DNA from: Squalus acanthias
Lineage: Eukaryota
Length of the DNA stretch: 64,000 nt
NCBI GenBank assembly: GCA_030390025.1
Contig: CM059432.1
Location: 20,214,001-20,278,000, forward strand
Direction of reading: 5' to 3'
In this document: one piece after another, positions 39,151 through 50,369 of the stretch
Layout of the letters: every line of letters starts with the position of its first letter
Numbering within the stretch: the first letter of the stretch is position 1
The notes under the pieces: generated by a model
What the model saw: only the letters and a program-made list of their open reading frames with translations
Told to the model about the DNA's origin: nothing
The model's database searches: none
Position numbers and translations under genes: made by a program

Positions 39151-40711
39151 AATTAAATAAATCTGCTGGACTATAACCTGGTGTTGTGCGACTTCTCATT
39201 TTTGTCCACCCCAGTCCAACGCCGGCATCTCCACATCAGTATCTCATAGAAGGCAGAGGGTGGTGGTGGATGGAACATTTTCGGACTGGAGACCAGTTAC
39301 CAGCGGTGTGCCACAGGGGTCGGTGCTGGGTCCTCTGCTGTTTGTGATTTTTATCAATGACTTGGAGGAGGGGACTGAAGGGTGGATCAGTAAATTTGCT
39401 GATGACACCAAGATTGGTGGAGTAGTGGATGAGGTGGAGGGCAGTTGTAGGCTGCAAAGAGACATTGATAGGATGCAGAGCTGGGCCGAAAAATGGCAGA
39501 TGGAATTTAACCCTGATAAGCGCGAGGTGATTCATTTTGGTAGGGCAAATTTGAATAAGGATTACAGGGTCAACGGCAGGGTTCTGAGGAACGTGGAGGA
39601 GCAGAGGGATCTGGGGGTTCATATCCACAGATCTCTGAAAGTTGCCACTCAAGTGGATAGAGCAGTAAAGAAGGCCTATGGTGTGTTGGCGTTTATTAAC
39701 AGAGGGTTTGAGTTTAAGAACCGTGAGGTTATGCTGCAACTGTACAGGACCTTGGTGAGACCACATTTGGAATATTGTGTGCAGTTCTGGTCACCTCACT
39801 ATAGGAAGGACGTGGAAGCATTGGAAAGAGTGCAAAGGAGATTTACCAGGATGCTGCCTGGTTTGGGGGGGGAGGTCTTATGAGGAAAGATTGAGGGAGT
39901 TGGGGCTTTTCTCTTTAGAGCGGAGGAGGATGAGAGGCGACTTAACAGAGGTTTATAAGATGATGAGGGGGATAGATAGAGTGGATGTTCAGAGACTATT
40001 TCCTCGGGTAGAGGCAGCTGTTACAAGGGGGCATAACTATAAGGTGCATGGGGGGAGATATAGAAGGGATGTCCGAGGTAGATTCTTTACTCAGAGAGTG
40101 GTTGGGGTGTGGAATGGACTGCCTGCTGTGATAGTGGAGTCGGACACTTTAGGAACTTTCAAGCGGTTATTGGATAAGCACATGGAGCACACCAGAGTGA
40201 TAGGGAGTGTGATAGCTTGATCTTGGTCTCGGACAATGCTCGGCACAACATCGAGGGCCGAAGGGCCTGTACTGTGCTGTACTCTTCTATGTTCTATGTT
40301 CTAACCCACTCTTGATTGGGCGTTATCATACAATCTAAAGCATGCGGCTTCTCTTTGCTTTTGTATGCTTGGCCTAAGAAGGCCACCTAGTATGATCTTT
40401 TGTGGAGGTTTATAAGCAACTGGTGTTAACATCTGCCGGAAAACCAAAAAACTGCAAAAATTCAAATAAGCTGAATAAATTAAATTATTAGAATGTTTGA
40501 TACTCTAGTGTGTGACTAATTTAAGCTACTCCTGTAGAGAAGTTGAGTGACTTTGTCACAAGCATTTAACGAGACACCCAATGTGAAGAGCAAAGTGCCT
40601 CTAGGTCGGAAAAATCAAATTGCCGCAATCGTGTACGTCCTGACCTTTCACACAATGTGACTGCAGAAGGCAGCACATGCAGCACTGCCTCGACAGTTAC
40701 AGAATGTTTAT

Positions 40712-41055
40712 GTCCTTGCAAACTACCACGCATTGTCCAACCTCCCTTTCCTCTCCAAAGTTCTTGAACTCGATGCCTCCCAAATCCATGCCCAGCTTTC
40801 CCGCAACTCCATGTTTGAATCTTCCCAATCAGGTTTCGGCCCCTGCATAGCACTGAAACGGGTCGAGTCAAAGTCGCAAATTACATCCTCTGTGACCATG
40901 GTGCACTATCCCTCCTCATCCTTCTCGACCTCTCTGTAGTCTTTGACCACACCATCCTCCTGGTCCAACGTTTTTCGCCTGTTGTCCGGCTCAGCGGGAC
41001 TTCACTTGCTTGATTCCGCTCTTACCCATCCAATGTAGCCAGAGCATCTTCAACA
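40712..41055 (+). mobile_element. L2 LINE RT fragment
   Basis: SNLPFLSKVLE..QSGFGP and the LLILLDLS region. Confidence 0.75.
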
Positions 41056-41875
41056 CTGTACTATTACTCCCAAGTCAGATAAATCAATAACAAACGAGTA
41101 ATCCTCCACGATATGACACAACCTTGCCCTCTACTGCATAAGTGGGACATTTCCCAGGTTCTACACTTGTTATACTTGTAGTGTCTCTGTGTGGAATCAC
41201 ATCAGACTGAGACTTATATATAGGACCCCTGAAGACTAGCAGAGCATAAGCTTAACCCTTTAGTAGTGGCTAGGTGATTGAGGTTGAAATTTATAAGCCT
41301 ATAGAGTGTGTAAAGAAGGGGAGACTAAGCAAGGAAAGGAGTAGCACATTTCTGAGATCCTGGGAAAGACTGTATTACAGTAAGAGACTATAATGGGCCA
41401 TCATTTCAACAGTGAGGATACGGAGAGGAGGAGGAGGTTGAGGGATGGCATAATCACCAGAACGTTTAAAGCAGAGTTCTAGAATTGTGTCATATAGGCA
41501 ACAAGTAAAATAGCCTTACCAAAACCATACGGATGACCAAAGATTATCTTACATGCATACTATGATCAGAGCTCCACTGAACTTACTTGTTAAACTCTTA
41601 AAACACCATTTCAGCAAACCGCTAATTAACTGTAGAAGTCAGCTGGCTTGTACGGTACAGCTTACTGTAAATTCCATGCTGAGAATCAATAATCATCACT
41701 ATTCGTAATACTTCCATTGCAGCCTGCATTACCAGCTACATTTCTCATGCATCCCCCCTTTTCTTCACCAAGGCACTGACAAGTTTCAGCTCAGAGTTGT
41801 GTCTCCTCTATCATCTATGGACAAAAATGAGAAGTCGCACAACACCAGGTTATAGTCCAACAGATTTATTTAATT

Positions 41876-41913
41876 TTACAAGCTTTCGGAGCTGTCGCTC
41901 CTTCGTCAGGTAA
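41876..41913 (-). ncRNA. Minimal hammerhead ribozyme in the inverted pLTR
   Basis: Reverse complement of the motif at 42623-42660. Confidence 0.82.
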
Positions 41914-42622
41914 GTTAGCAATGAGAGAATCTCCCAGAATTCACAATTTAAACCCAGACAAAATCTATTCACATTATTCGCTACAACAAAGAGCACAGCC
42001 AAGACAATGAGATGTGTCCCAGGGGGTCCAACGTGTCACCAGGTACATGGTACATACTCATGTGACTCGGCCAACGTTGTCTACCTGATACGTTGCAGTA
42101 AAGGATGCTCCAGAGCATGGTACATCGGCGAGACCATGCAGACACTGAGACAACGTATGAACGGACACCGCGCAACAATCGCCAGGCAGGATTGTTGCCT
42201 CCCAGTCGGGGAACACTTCAGCAGCCAGGGGCATTCAGCCTCGGATCTGCGGGTAAGCGTTCTCCAAGGCGGCCTTCGAGATACACGACAGCGCAAAATC
42301 ATAGAGCAGAAACTGATAGCCAAGTTCCGCACTCATGAGGATGGCCTCAATCGCGATATCGGGTTCATGTCACGATACAGAACGTGACTTGACATCATGG
42401 CCGGTCTTCCCAGGTGTTTTTTTTTTTTTTTGGTTTTTTTTTTAAAAAGGCTAACACAAGAACACAAATTGACAGGATATGCAGCCAGCAGGTGGTTTGA
42501 CACGTTGGACCCCCTGGGACACATCTCATTGTCTTGGCTGTGCTCTTTGTTGTAGCGAATAATGTGAATAGATTTTGTCTGGGTTTAAATTGTGAATTCT
42601 GGGAGATTCTCTCATTGCTAAC

Positions 42623-42660
42623 TTACCTGACGAAGGAGCGACAGCTCCGAAAGCTTGTAA
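42623..42660 (+). ncRNA. Minimal hammerhead ribozyme in the 3' pLTR
   Basis: ttacctgacgaaggagcgacagctccgaaagcttgtaa, same sense as the GIY-YIG ORF. Confidence 0.82.
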
Positions 42661-43324
42661 AATTAAATAAATCTGTTGGACTATAACCTGGTGTTGTGCG
42701 ACTTCTCATTTTTGTCCACCCCAGTCCAACGCCGGCATCTCCAGATCATCTATGGAGTAATGGACGCCGCCAAAATCTCCTCCAAGTTCTTCACTTTTAA
42801 TCATTCAGTTCCCCATATCTATGGTTTCAGTTGATACATTTTTGACAGACACCGTTCAATCTGGGCTCGAAAGAATCTCATTTCAAGTGTGTGTTTTTTT
42901 ACGAAGCATCTTTTCCCCAGTCCCCTCCTGAAGGCACTCACTCATGTTAACTGGGATATGTCACACATAGCATAAACAGTAGGGGACCCGGGACAGATCC
43001 CTGTGAAACATAATTGTTTACTGCCCCTTGGCAGAATATGCAAGCAAGCTGCCCGTCTGGAGCTGTAAACAGTGCCATTAATTGGAGACAGCTAGTCAGA
43101 TTCTGAAACTGCACTTTTGTAAAATAAACTTTTCATTAATGATGGCGCAAAGACAGCAAGCAAATCAAGATAAATGAAGCATCACATGGGGGTTTCCTCT
43201 GTTGAAAAAGCAAGGTGAAAGGCCAAGATCCATAATGCAGGACACCACAAAGGCTGAAAAGAGCTGAAGATGAAATAAGTCAAGTAGTAGTGATTAGGTC
43301 ATTTCAAGCTTGGTTTTAAAAACC

Positions 43325-44590
43325 ACAAATGACATCCTATGTGACTGTGACCGTGGTACACTATCCCTCCTCATCCTTCTCGACCCGTCTGCAACCTTCG
43401 ACACGGTTGACCACACCATCCTCCTCCAACGCCTCTCCATCGTCGTCTAGCTCGGTGGGACTGCACTCATCCGGTTCCATTCTTATCTATCCAGTTGTAG
43501 CCAGAGAATCACCTGCAATGGCTTCTCTTCCTGCTCCCGTACCAGTAGCTCTGGAGTCCCCCAAGGATCTATCCTTTGCCCCCTCCTATTTCTCATCTAC
43601 ATGCTGCCCCTCAGCGACATCATCTGAAAACACAACGTCAGGTTCCACATGTACGCTGACGACACCCAGCCCTACCTCACCACCACCATCTCGCTCGACC
43701 CCTCCACACTCTCCGATTGGTCGCATTCCTTGTCTGACTGGATGTCAGTACTGGATGAGCAGAAATGTCCTCCAACTAAATATTGGGAAGACCGAAGTCA
43801 TTGACTTCGGTCCACGACACAAACTCCATTCCCAAGCCACCGACTCCATCCATCTCACTGGCAACTGTCTAAGGCTGAACCAGACTGTTCGCAACCTTGG
43901 TGTTGTATTTAACCCCGAGATGAGCTTCCGATCACATATTCGCCCCATCACCAAGGCCGCCTAATTCCACCTCCATAACATCGCCCGACTCTGCCCCATC
44001 TCAGCTCATCTGCTGCCGAAACCATCATCCACGCCTTTGTTACTTCTAGACTTGACTATTCCAACGCACTCCTGGCTGGCCTCTCATGTTCTACCCTATG
44101 TAAACTTGAGCGCATCAAAAACTCTGCTGCCCATATCGGAACTCACACCAAATCCCGTTCACCCATCACCCCTGTGCTTGCTGACCTATATTAGCTCCCG
44201 GTTGAGCAACGCCTCATTGTTAAAATTCTTATCTTTGTTTTCAAATCCCTCCATGGCCTCGCCCCTCCCTATCTCTGTAACCACCTCCAGCCCTAAAATC
44301 CTTCAAGATATCTGCGCTCCTCCAATTCTGCCCTCTTGCACATCCCCGATTTTAATCACTCCATCATTGGCGGCTATGTCTTCAGCTGCCGAGGCCCTAA
44401 GCTCTGGACTTCCCTGCCTAAATCTCTCCACCTCTCTTTCATCCTTTAAGATGCTCCTTAAAACCTACCTCTTGGACCAAGCTTTTGGTCATCTGTCCAG
44501 ATATCTCATGTGGCTTGGTGTCGAATTTTGATAACGCTCCTGTGAAGCGCCTTAGGACGCTTTACTACATTAAATCAAGATGTTGTTGTT
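43325..44590 (+). mobile_element. L2 LINE 3' fragment
   Basis: gga gtc ccc caa gga (GVPQG), atg tac gct gac gac (MYADD), LQLNIGKTE; tail gtgaagcgccttaggacg. Confidence 0.88.
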
Positions 44591-45010
44591 CCATGTTGTG
44601 ATAGGAAGGGATTTCCCCAGTTTTGAGAGTGGTGGAAATTTTTTCAGTTAAGTGGTTATTCCTGCTGTTGGAATGTTCCCCGAGGAACTCTCTCTAAAAG
44701 GAACAGCCCCCCTCCAACGTGTCTTGGTAGATTCAAAGCTCAACAGGTCCAACCAATGCAGAGCAGAAATCAACAAAAAGAATGTCGAAACTACATAACC
44801 AAAGCAAAGCAGTCAAGTACAAGTCAGAAGAAGTTCTGATCAAACTTTTCAAGGCATTGATCAGACCACATCTTGAGTACTGCATACAGTTCTGGTCGCC
44901 GAGAAATAAGGGAGATAGATATTAAAGCATTAGAACTAATGCAGAGAAGAGCCACAAGTCTGATATCTAGTGCTAAGGGTCTAAGTTATAAGGAAGGACT
45001 GTACAAACAA

Positions 45011-45575
45011 GGGGGGGTTAAATTGGATGACCCCTGAAAACCGGCACAGGGATCGCGACGTGCGATTAACCCATGCCCGTTCACTGAGATACAGACAGCA
45101 ATTCAAATTCATGCTGCCTGCTGTTTTAAATGATTGCTGCATGCAGCCAGTGCTCTCCACGCTGTTCATTAGTTGCACGCACCACAGCAGGAGGACCGAT
45201 ATCACGAGTGCCGAGCACTGCTTAAAGGCTGCCTGCATCTTTTAAAGGGGAGGTGCATTGTGGCTGGAATAGGTGCTGGGAGTCATTTCAGAAGTGAATG
45301 TGTCCTGTGAAAGAGTGAAGAATGGCTGGCCATGGTAGAGGGCGAGCACCATGGTTTTCTGACAATGCGCTGGAGGCCTTGGTGGAATGGAGGAGAGACG
45401 TCCTGTATCCGTAGGGAGGCAGGAGGCCCTCCAGGCACACGTTCAGGAATATGGGAAAAAATAGCAGCGGAGGTCAATGTCAGGAGTGTTGATCCTCGAA
45501 CATGGATGGAGTGCAGGTAGAAGTTTAATGATCTCACACGAGTTGTCAAGGTGAGTGAGTTCATCTTCAAATGGC
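45011..45575 (+). mobile_element. PIF/Harbinger transposon left end with a pseudogenised Myb/SANT-like exon
   Basis: G-rich terminus, then across a frameshift RAPWFSDNALEALVE..RRDVLYP* / WEKIAAEVNVRSVDPRTWMECR*KFNDLTRVVK followed by gtgagt. Truncated by a CR1. Confidence 0.78.
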
Positions 45576-45579
45576 ATTG

Positions 45580-48455
45580 AATGATAGAATGGTTGCAGCA
45601 CAGGAGGCCGCCATTTGGCCCGTCGAGCCCATGCCGGCTCTCTGGAAGAGCACTTCAGCTAGTCCCACTCCCCTGCCCTTTCCCCGTAGCCCTGCAAATT
45701 TTTTTCCTACAGGTACTTATCCGATTCTCTTTTGAAAGCCACGATTGAATCGGCCTCCACCACCCTTTCAGGCAGTGCATTCCAGATCCTAACCACTCGC
45801 TGCATAATAAGGTTTTTCCACATGTCGCTCTTCGTTCTGCCAATCACCTTTAATCTGTGTCTCTGGTTCTCGACCCTTCTGCCAATGGGAACAGTTTCGC
45901 TCTATCTACTCTATCGAGACCCTCATGATTTTGAACACCTCTATCAATTTCTCTGCTCCCCACACTCACTCCAACCTACCTCCCTCTGAACTTGCAGCAC
46001 TCCATTCTCTCAGATCCAACCCCAACATTGTCTTGAAACCTGCTGACAAGGATGGTGCTGTTGTTGTTTGGTGAACCGACCTCTACCTAGCGGAAGCTGA
46101 ACGCCAACTCTCCGACACCTCCTCCTACCTCCACCTGGACCATGACCCCACTACCGAACATCAAGCCACCGTTTACAAGACTGTCACTGACCTCATCTCC
46201 TCTGGAGATCTTCCCCCCACGGCCGCCAACCTCATAGTTCCCCAACCCCGCACAGCCCGCTTCTACCTCCTTCCCAAGATCCACAAACAGGACTGCCCTG
46301 GTAGACCCATCGTTTCAGCCTGTTCTTGCCCCACCGAACTTATCTCTTCCTATCTCGACTCTATTTTTTCTGCCCTTGTCCAGTCTCTTCCCACCTACAT
46401 CCGGGACTCTTCCGACGCCCTCCGCCACTTTAACAGTTTCCAGTTTCCTGGCCCCAACCGCCTCCTTTTCACTATGGACGTACAATCCCTCTACACTTCC
46501 ATTCCCCACCAGGATGGCCTGAGGGCGCTCCGCTTCTTCCTTGAACAGAGGCCCAACCAGTCCCCATCCACCACCACCCTCCTCCGCCTGGCTGAACTTG
46601 TTCTCACATTGAACAACTTCTCCTTTGACTGCACTCACTTCTTCCAAATTAAAGGTGTTGCTATGGGAACCCGCATGGGTCCTAGCTATGCCTGCCTTTC
46701 CGTGGGATATGTGGAACATTCTTTGTTCCAGTCCTACTCAGGTCCCCTCCCTCACCTCTTTTTCCGGTACATTGATGACTGTATCGGTACCGTTTCCTGC
46801 TCTCGCCCTGAACTGGAAAATTTCATTCACTTTGCTTCCAATTTCCACCCTTCCCTCACCTTCACATGGTCCATCTCCGACTCTTCCCTTCCCTTTCTCG
46901 ACTTCTCCGTCTCCATCTCTGGGGATAGGTTATTGACAAACATTCACTGCAAGCCCACTGACTCCCACAGCTACCTGGACTACACTTCCTCCCACCCCGC
47001 TTCCTGTAAGGACTCTATTCCATTCTCCCAGTTTCTCCGTCTCCGCCGCATCTGCTCTGACGATGCCACCTTCCATACCAGTGCTTCCGACATGTCTTCC
47101 TTTTTCCTCAACCGAGGATACCCCTCTACTGTGGTTGACACGGCCCTTGACCGTGTCCATTCTATCTCCCGCACTTCTGCTCTCACCCCTGCCCCTCCCT
47201 CCCGGAACCACGATAGAGTTCTCCTTGTCCTCACCTTTTACCCCAAAAGCCTCCACATTCAACGGATCACCCTCCACCATTTCCGCCACCTCCAGCGTGA
47301 TCCTACCACCAAACACATCTTCCCCTCACCTCCCCTTTCAGCATTCCGAAGGGACCGCTCCCTCCGCGACACCCTGGTCCACTCCTCTATCACCCCCAAC
47401 ATCTCTTCCCCTTCACCCGGCACCTTCCCGTGCAAGCGCAGGAGATGCAACACATGCCCTTCTACCTCTCCCCTTCCCACTGTCCAGGGCCCCAAACACT
47501 TCTTCCAGGTGAAACAGCGATTTACTTGTACTTCTTGCAATTTAGTATACTGTGTATTCGCTGCTCACGATGCGGTCTCCTCTACATTGGGGAGACCAAA
47601 CGCAGATTGGGTGACCGCTTTGCGAAACACCTCCATTCAGTCCGTAAGGGTGACCCCGAGCTTCCGGTCACCTGTTACTTTAATTCTTCGCACCACTCCC
47701 ACTCAGACCTCACCGTCCTCGGCCTCTTACATTGTTCCACTGAAGCTCAATGTAAGCTCGAGGAACAGCACCTCATCTTTCGATTAGGCACTTTACCGCC
47801 TTCTGGACTCAACATAGAGTTCAACAATTTCAGATCATAACCTCGGCCCCTATCATATATATATTTTTTTCCACACTTTTGTTTGTGTTTTCTTTTCTTC
47901 TCCCCCACATGGCAGCTGTCTTTCATTCTGCCAGCGCAATTTACACTTCATCTAGAGCTTTTTTTTGTTTCTTAACCTGTCCCATTATTATCTCCTTTTG
48001 CCTTGAATATCTCTTAATGTCTCTTACCTCTCCTGCCTTCTATCCTATCATAGACCTTCCCTTTTGTTCTTTCACCCCCTCCCCACTTTCCCAGCTCCTA
48101 CACTTGCTTAAAAATCTGTTCCATTTCCTGCTTTTTTGCAGTTCTGACAAAAGTTCATCGACCTGAAACGTTAACTCCGTTTCTCTCTTCACAGATGCTG
48201 CCTGACCTGCTGAGTATTTCCAGCATTTTCTGTTTTTATTCCTGTCAACCTTCTCTGCTCTATGGAGAACAACCCCAGCTTCTCCAGTCTATCCACGTAA
48301 CTGAAGTCCCTCATCCCTGGAACCATTCTGGTAAATCCTTTCTGCACCCTCTCGAAGGCCTTCACATCCTTCCTAAAGTGTGGTGCCCAGAATTGGACAC
48401 AATACTCCAGTTGAGGCCGAATCAGGGTTTTATAAAGGCTCATCATAACTTCCTT
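45580..48455 (-). mobile_element. CR1 3' fragment in two pieces (45580-45948, 48243-48455) split by the Penelope element
   Basis: LIRPQLEYCVQFWAP..LEKLGLFS resumes on the other side of the insertion. Confidence 0.85.
45949..48240 (+). mobile_element. Penelope-like element, second family (RT + GIY-YIG + pLTR), decayed, inserted in a CR1
   Basis: ORF 46474-47787 has MDVQSLYTSIP, GVAMGTRMGPSYA and FRYIDD RT motifs. Frameshifted CIRCSRCGLLYIGETKRRLGDRF..H endonuclease. Degenerate hammerhead at 48140-48176. Confidence 0.92.
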
Positions 48456-49908
48456 GGGAAAGTTCCAGGTTTGAATCCTGGTCTGTACTGAGTTAGTTAA
48501 TCTCAGCAGGGGCTCTGCAACTGGCTTCAGTACTCCTAGGCTCTGATCTTTCAGGGTTCCTTTCCAGAATGACTATTCAATGACCCCAATGAGACAGTGC
48601 ATTCATTATCTAGGCTCACACATGATGAATGGCCACCTATGTAAGCTGTGGTAGGGCCTGGCATCCATGGCATTAGAAGCTGAAGGATAAAAAAAAAAGG
48701 AGGGAAGAATACTTTTAGCTCATTGCCAATTACGGTGTCTATTTGTACCTTGTTTTAATGCTGATTTCAGAGAAGTTTTACAAGGGCCTAGCAAGTGGGA
48801 GACTGGTCCCTCAGTGCACACTACTTTCACAGTATAAAGATAAAATTTGTCCCTCGGTATTGTAACTAATAACGTGTGAAGAACAGGGTGAAATAGGTGG
48901 AGGCACATTCTCCGGTAGAACATGGCTAATGAGCCACAAAATAGCTTTTCATACCAGTAAGTATTTAATTAATTGAACACAATGGGACTCAAAGTGTTAT
49001 CCAATCTCTTATATGTAACTGAAATTAAAAACAACTGCCAGGATAGTTTATCAAGAAGACTGTAAACAGACTTATTCCCAGAATCCTCATTCTTACTCCA
49101 CTTAAGGCACTTGCATACTTTCTCCAGGTTTTCGAGAACAATGCTAAGCGTACCGTGTGTCCCCTCCACCATGTTTCTATACTATTCTGTGCCTCCATTC
49201 TCCTGCGGACTCATTGGAGACCAATTAGGAAAATTACCACATGCTCTCCTGTATATGACAAAGCCCCTTCCAACAGGCCAAACAGAGAGCAGAGGAATGA
49301 GACACTAAATTGCTTTTCCATCTAAAAAAGAGTGCCGAAGGGAACACTTGCTGAGCCGGTCACGATGCAGTTTTAAATCAGGAAGCCAATGCCCTGATGC
49401 TCTGAGTCAATTTGTGCATTTTGAAAATCTAAGGATAGAGGTCAGATTTCTGATAGCTGGTCCAAAATGGGTTTCCATTGCCATGGACCAAATGGACACT
49501 AATAAGTTCATGTTCTGCAGTGCCGTTAACTTCACAAGATCCATGCATCGGCAGTCTATGGCAAATCAGCAATGTAAAAGCACGTTTGTATTACAGTCCT
49601 GCCTGTGGAAACATTACAGCACTATAAATGAGGCAATGTACATGGTTCTGGGGGCAAGCAACAGCACCTCACGCGCGTTGACAATACACGCAGCAAGATT
49701 ACATGATCGCTGATGCTCGTCATCAACAACATCATTTTGTCCTGGTCACATATGGGCTGAGATCTCAAGCCACTTTTCTCATTGCTGGCCTGTACGTGGG
49801 GGAGAGGGTGTGGGTGGGGGGGGGGGTGAAAGATGCTTGTGGGGGGGGGGGGGGGGGGGGCGGGTCTTCCCCTGACTTCAGGGATCTTCCACAGTTCAAT
49901 TTGTAAGA

Positions 49909-50369
49909 CAGGAAACTCTTTATTAACCGGCACCCAAATATCCGGAAATCTCTCTTAACCGGCAAAATTCTTGAGTAGGTAACCGGGGTTTTCCTTCATC
50001 TCTCTACACTAGATCGTAGCATTATATGGGCCAAGTCTTTGCTGAATGCTCGCTGTAAGATCTGTCACAAGAAGGGAGATGCAGAAAACATGCTGTTGTG
50101 TGATGGCTGTGATCGAGGGCACCACACACACTGTTTGAGACCAAAGGTTAAGGTTTGTACATAGTACTTTTTAAATCAAAAAAAGCTGGCTACTCAAAAG
50201 AAAATTCTTTAATGTGACCGGGGTTCCTGCACCTGTGGCCGTGCACCAGGGACTCCTGGATCTGTGGCCATGTACGGGGCTCTCGTACCTTGGTAGATAT
50301 AACTCTCCGTTATCTGGAATTTTTGATAAACCGGCACCACGCCGGTCCCGGTTAATAAAGAGTTTCCTG
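49909..50369. mobile_element. Tigger/pogo-type (Tc1/mariner) non-autonomous element with BAZ1A cargo
   Basis: Perfect 22-bp TIRs caggaaactctttattaaccgg / ccggttaataaagagtttcctg; TA on the right flank, GA on the left; ends shared with 19134-19505. Confidence 0.88.
49988..50152 (+). pseudogene. BAZ1A: Captured partial exon of BAZ1A/ACF1 (N-terminal part of the PHD finger), followed by a GT donor and probable intron sequence
   Basis: 55 open codons VFLHLSTLDRSIIWAKSLLNARCKICHKKGDAENMLLCDGCDRGHHTHCLRPKVK then gtttgt. Closely matches remembered BAZ1A (VFLHLSTLDRSVIWSKSILNARCKICRKKGDAENMVLCDGCDRGHHTYCVRPKLK). In-frame TAG upstream (49976-49978); no other BAZ1A exons seen; lies between TIRs. Confidence 0.9.

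Larger units (their letters stand above)
39013..39239. mobile_element. Penelope-like pLTR palindrome inserted in a CR1
   Basis: 94-bp perfect inverted arms (39013-39106, 39110-39203), gct spacer, 36-nt tail, 12-bp TSD tatctcatagaa (39001-39012, 39240-39251). Same family as 41822-42744. Confidence 0.92.
38665..40303 (+). mobile_element. CR1 RT and 3' fragment split by the Penelope palindrome
   Basis: ORFs 38709-39020, 39260-39883 and 39777-40220; ttctatg tail. Confidence 0.92.
41822..42744 (+). mobile_element. 5'-truncated Penelope-like element: GIY-YIG endonuclease end plus pseudo-LTR, with an inverted pLTR copy at the 5' end
   Basis: ORF 42007-42387 has CDSANVVYLIRCSKGC..WYIGET..LRQRMNGH (GIY-YIG). 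221-bp inverted arms 41818-42038 / 42498-42718. 12-bp TSD atcatctatgga (41810-41821, 42745-42756). Confidence 0.92.

Noticed and set aside
49798..49864. Long G-runs with G-quadruplex potential beside the BAZ1A-carrying MITE
   Set aside because: Poly-G tracts recur throughout the window and may include homopolymer errors; no evidence of function.
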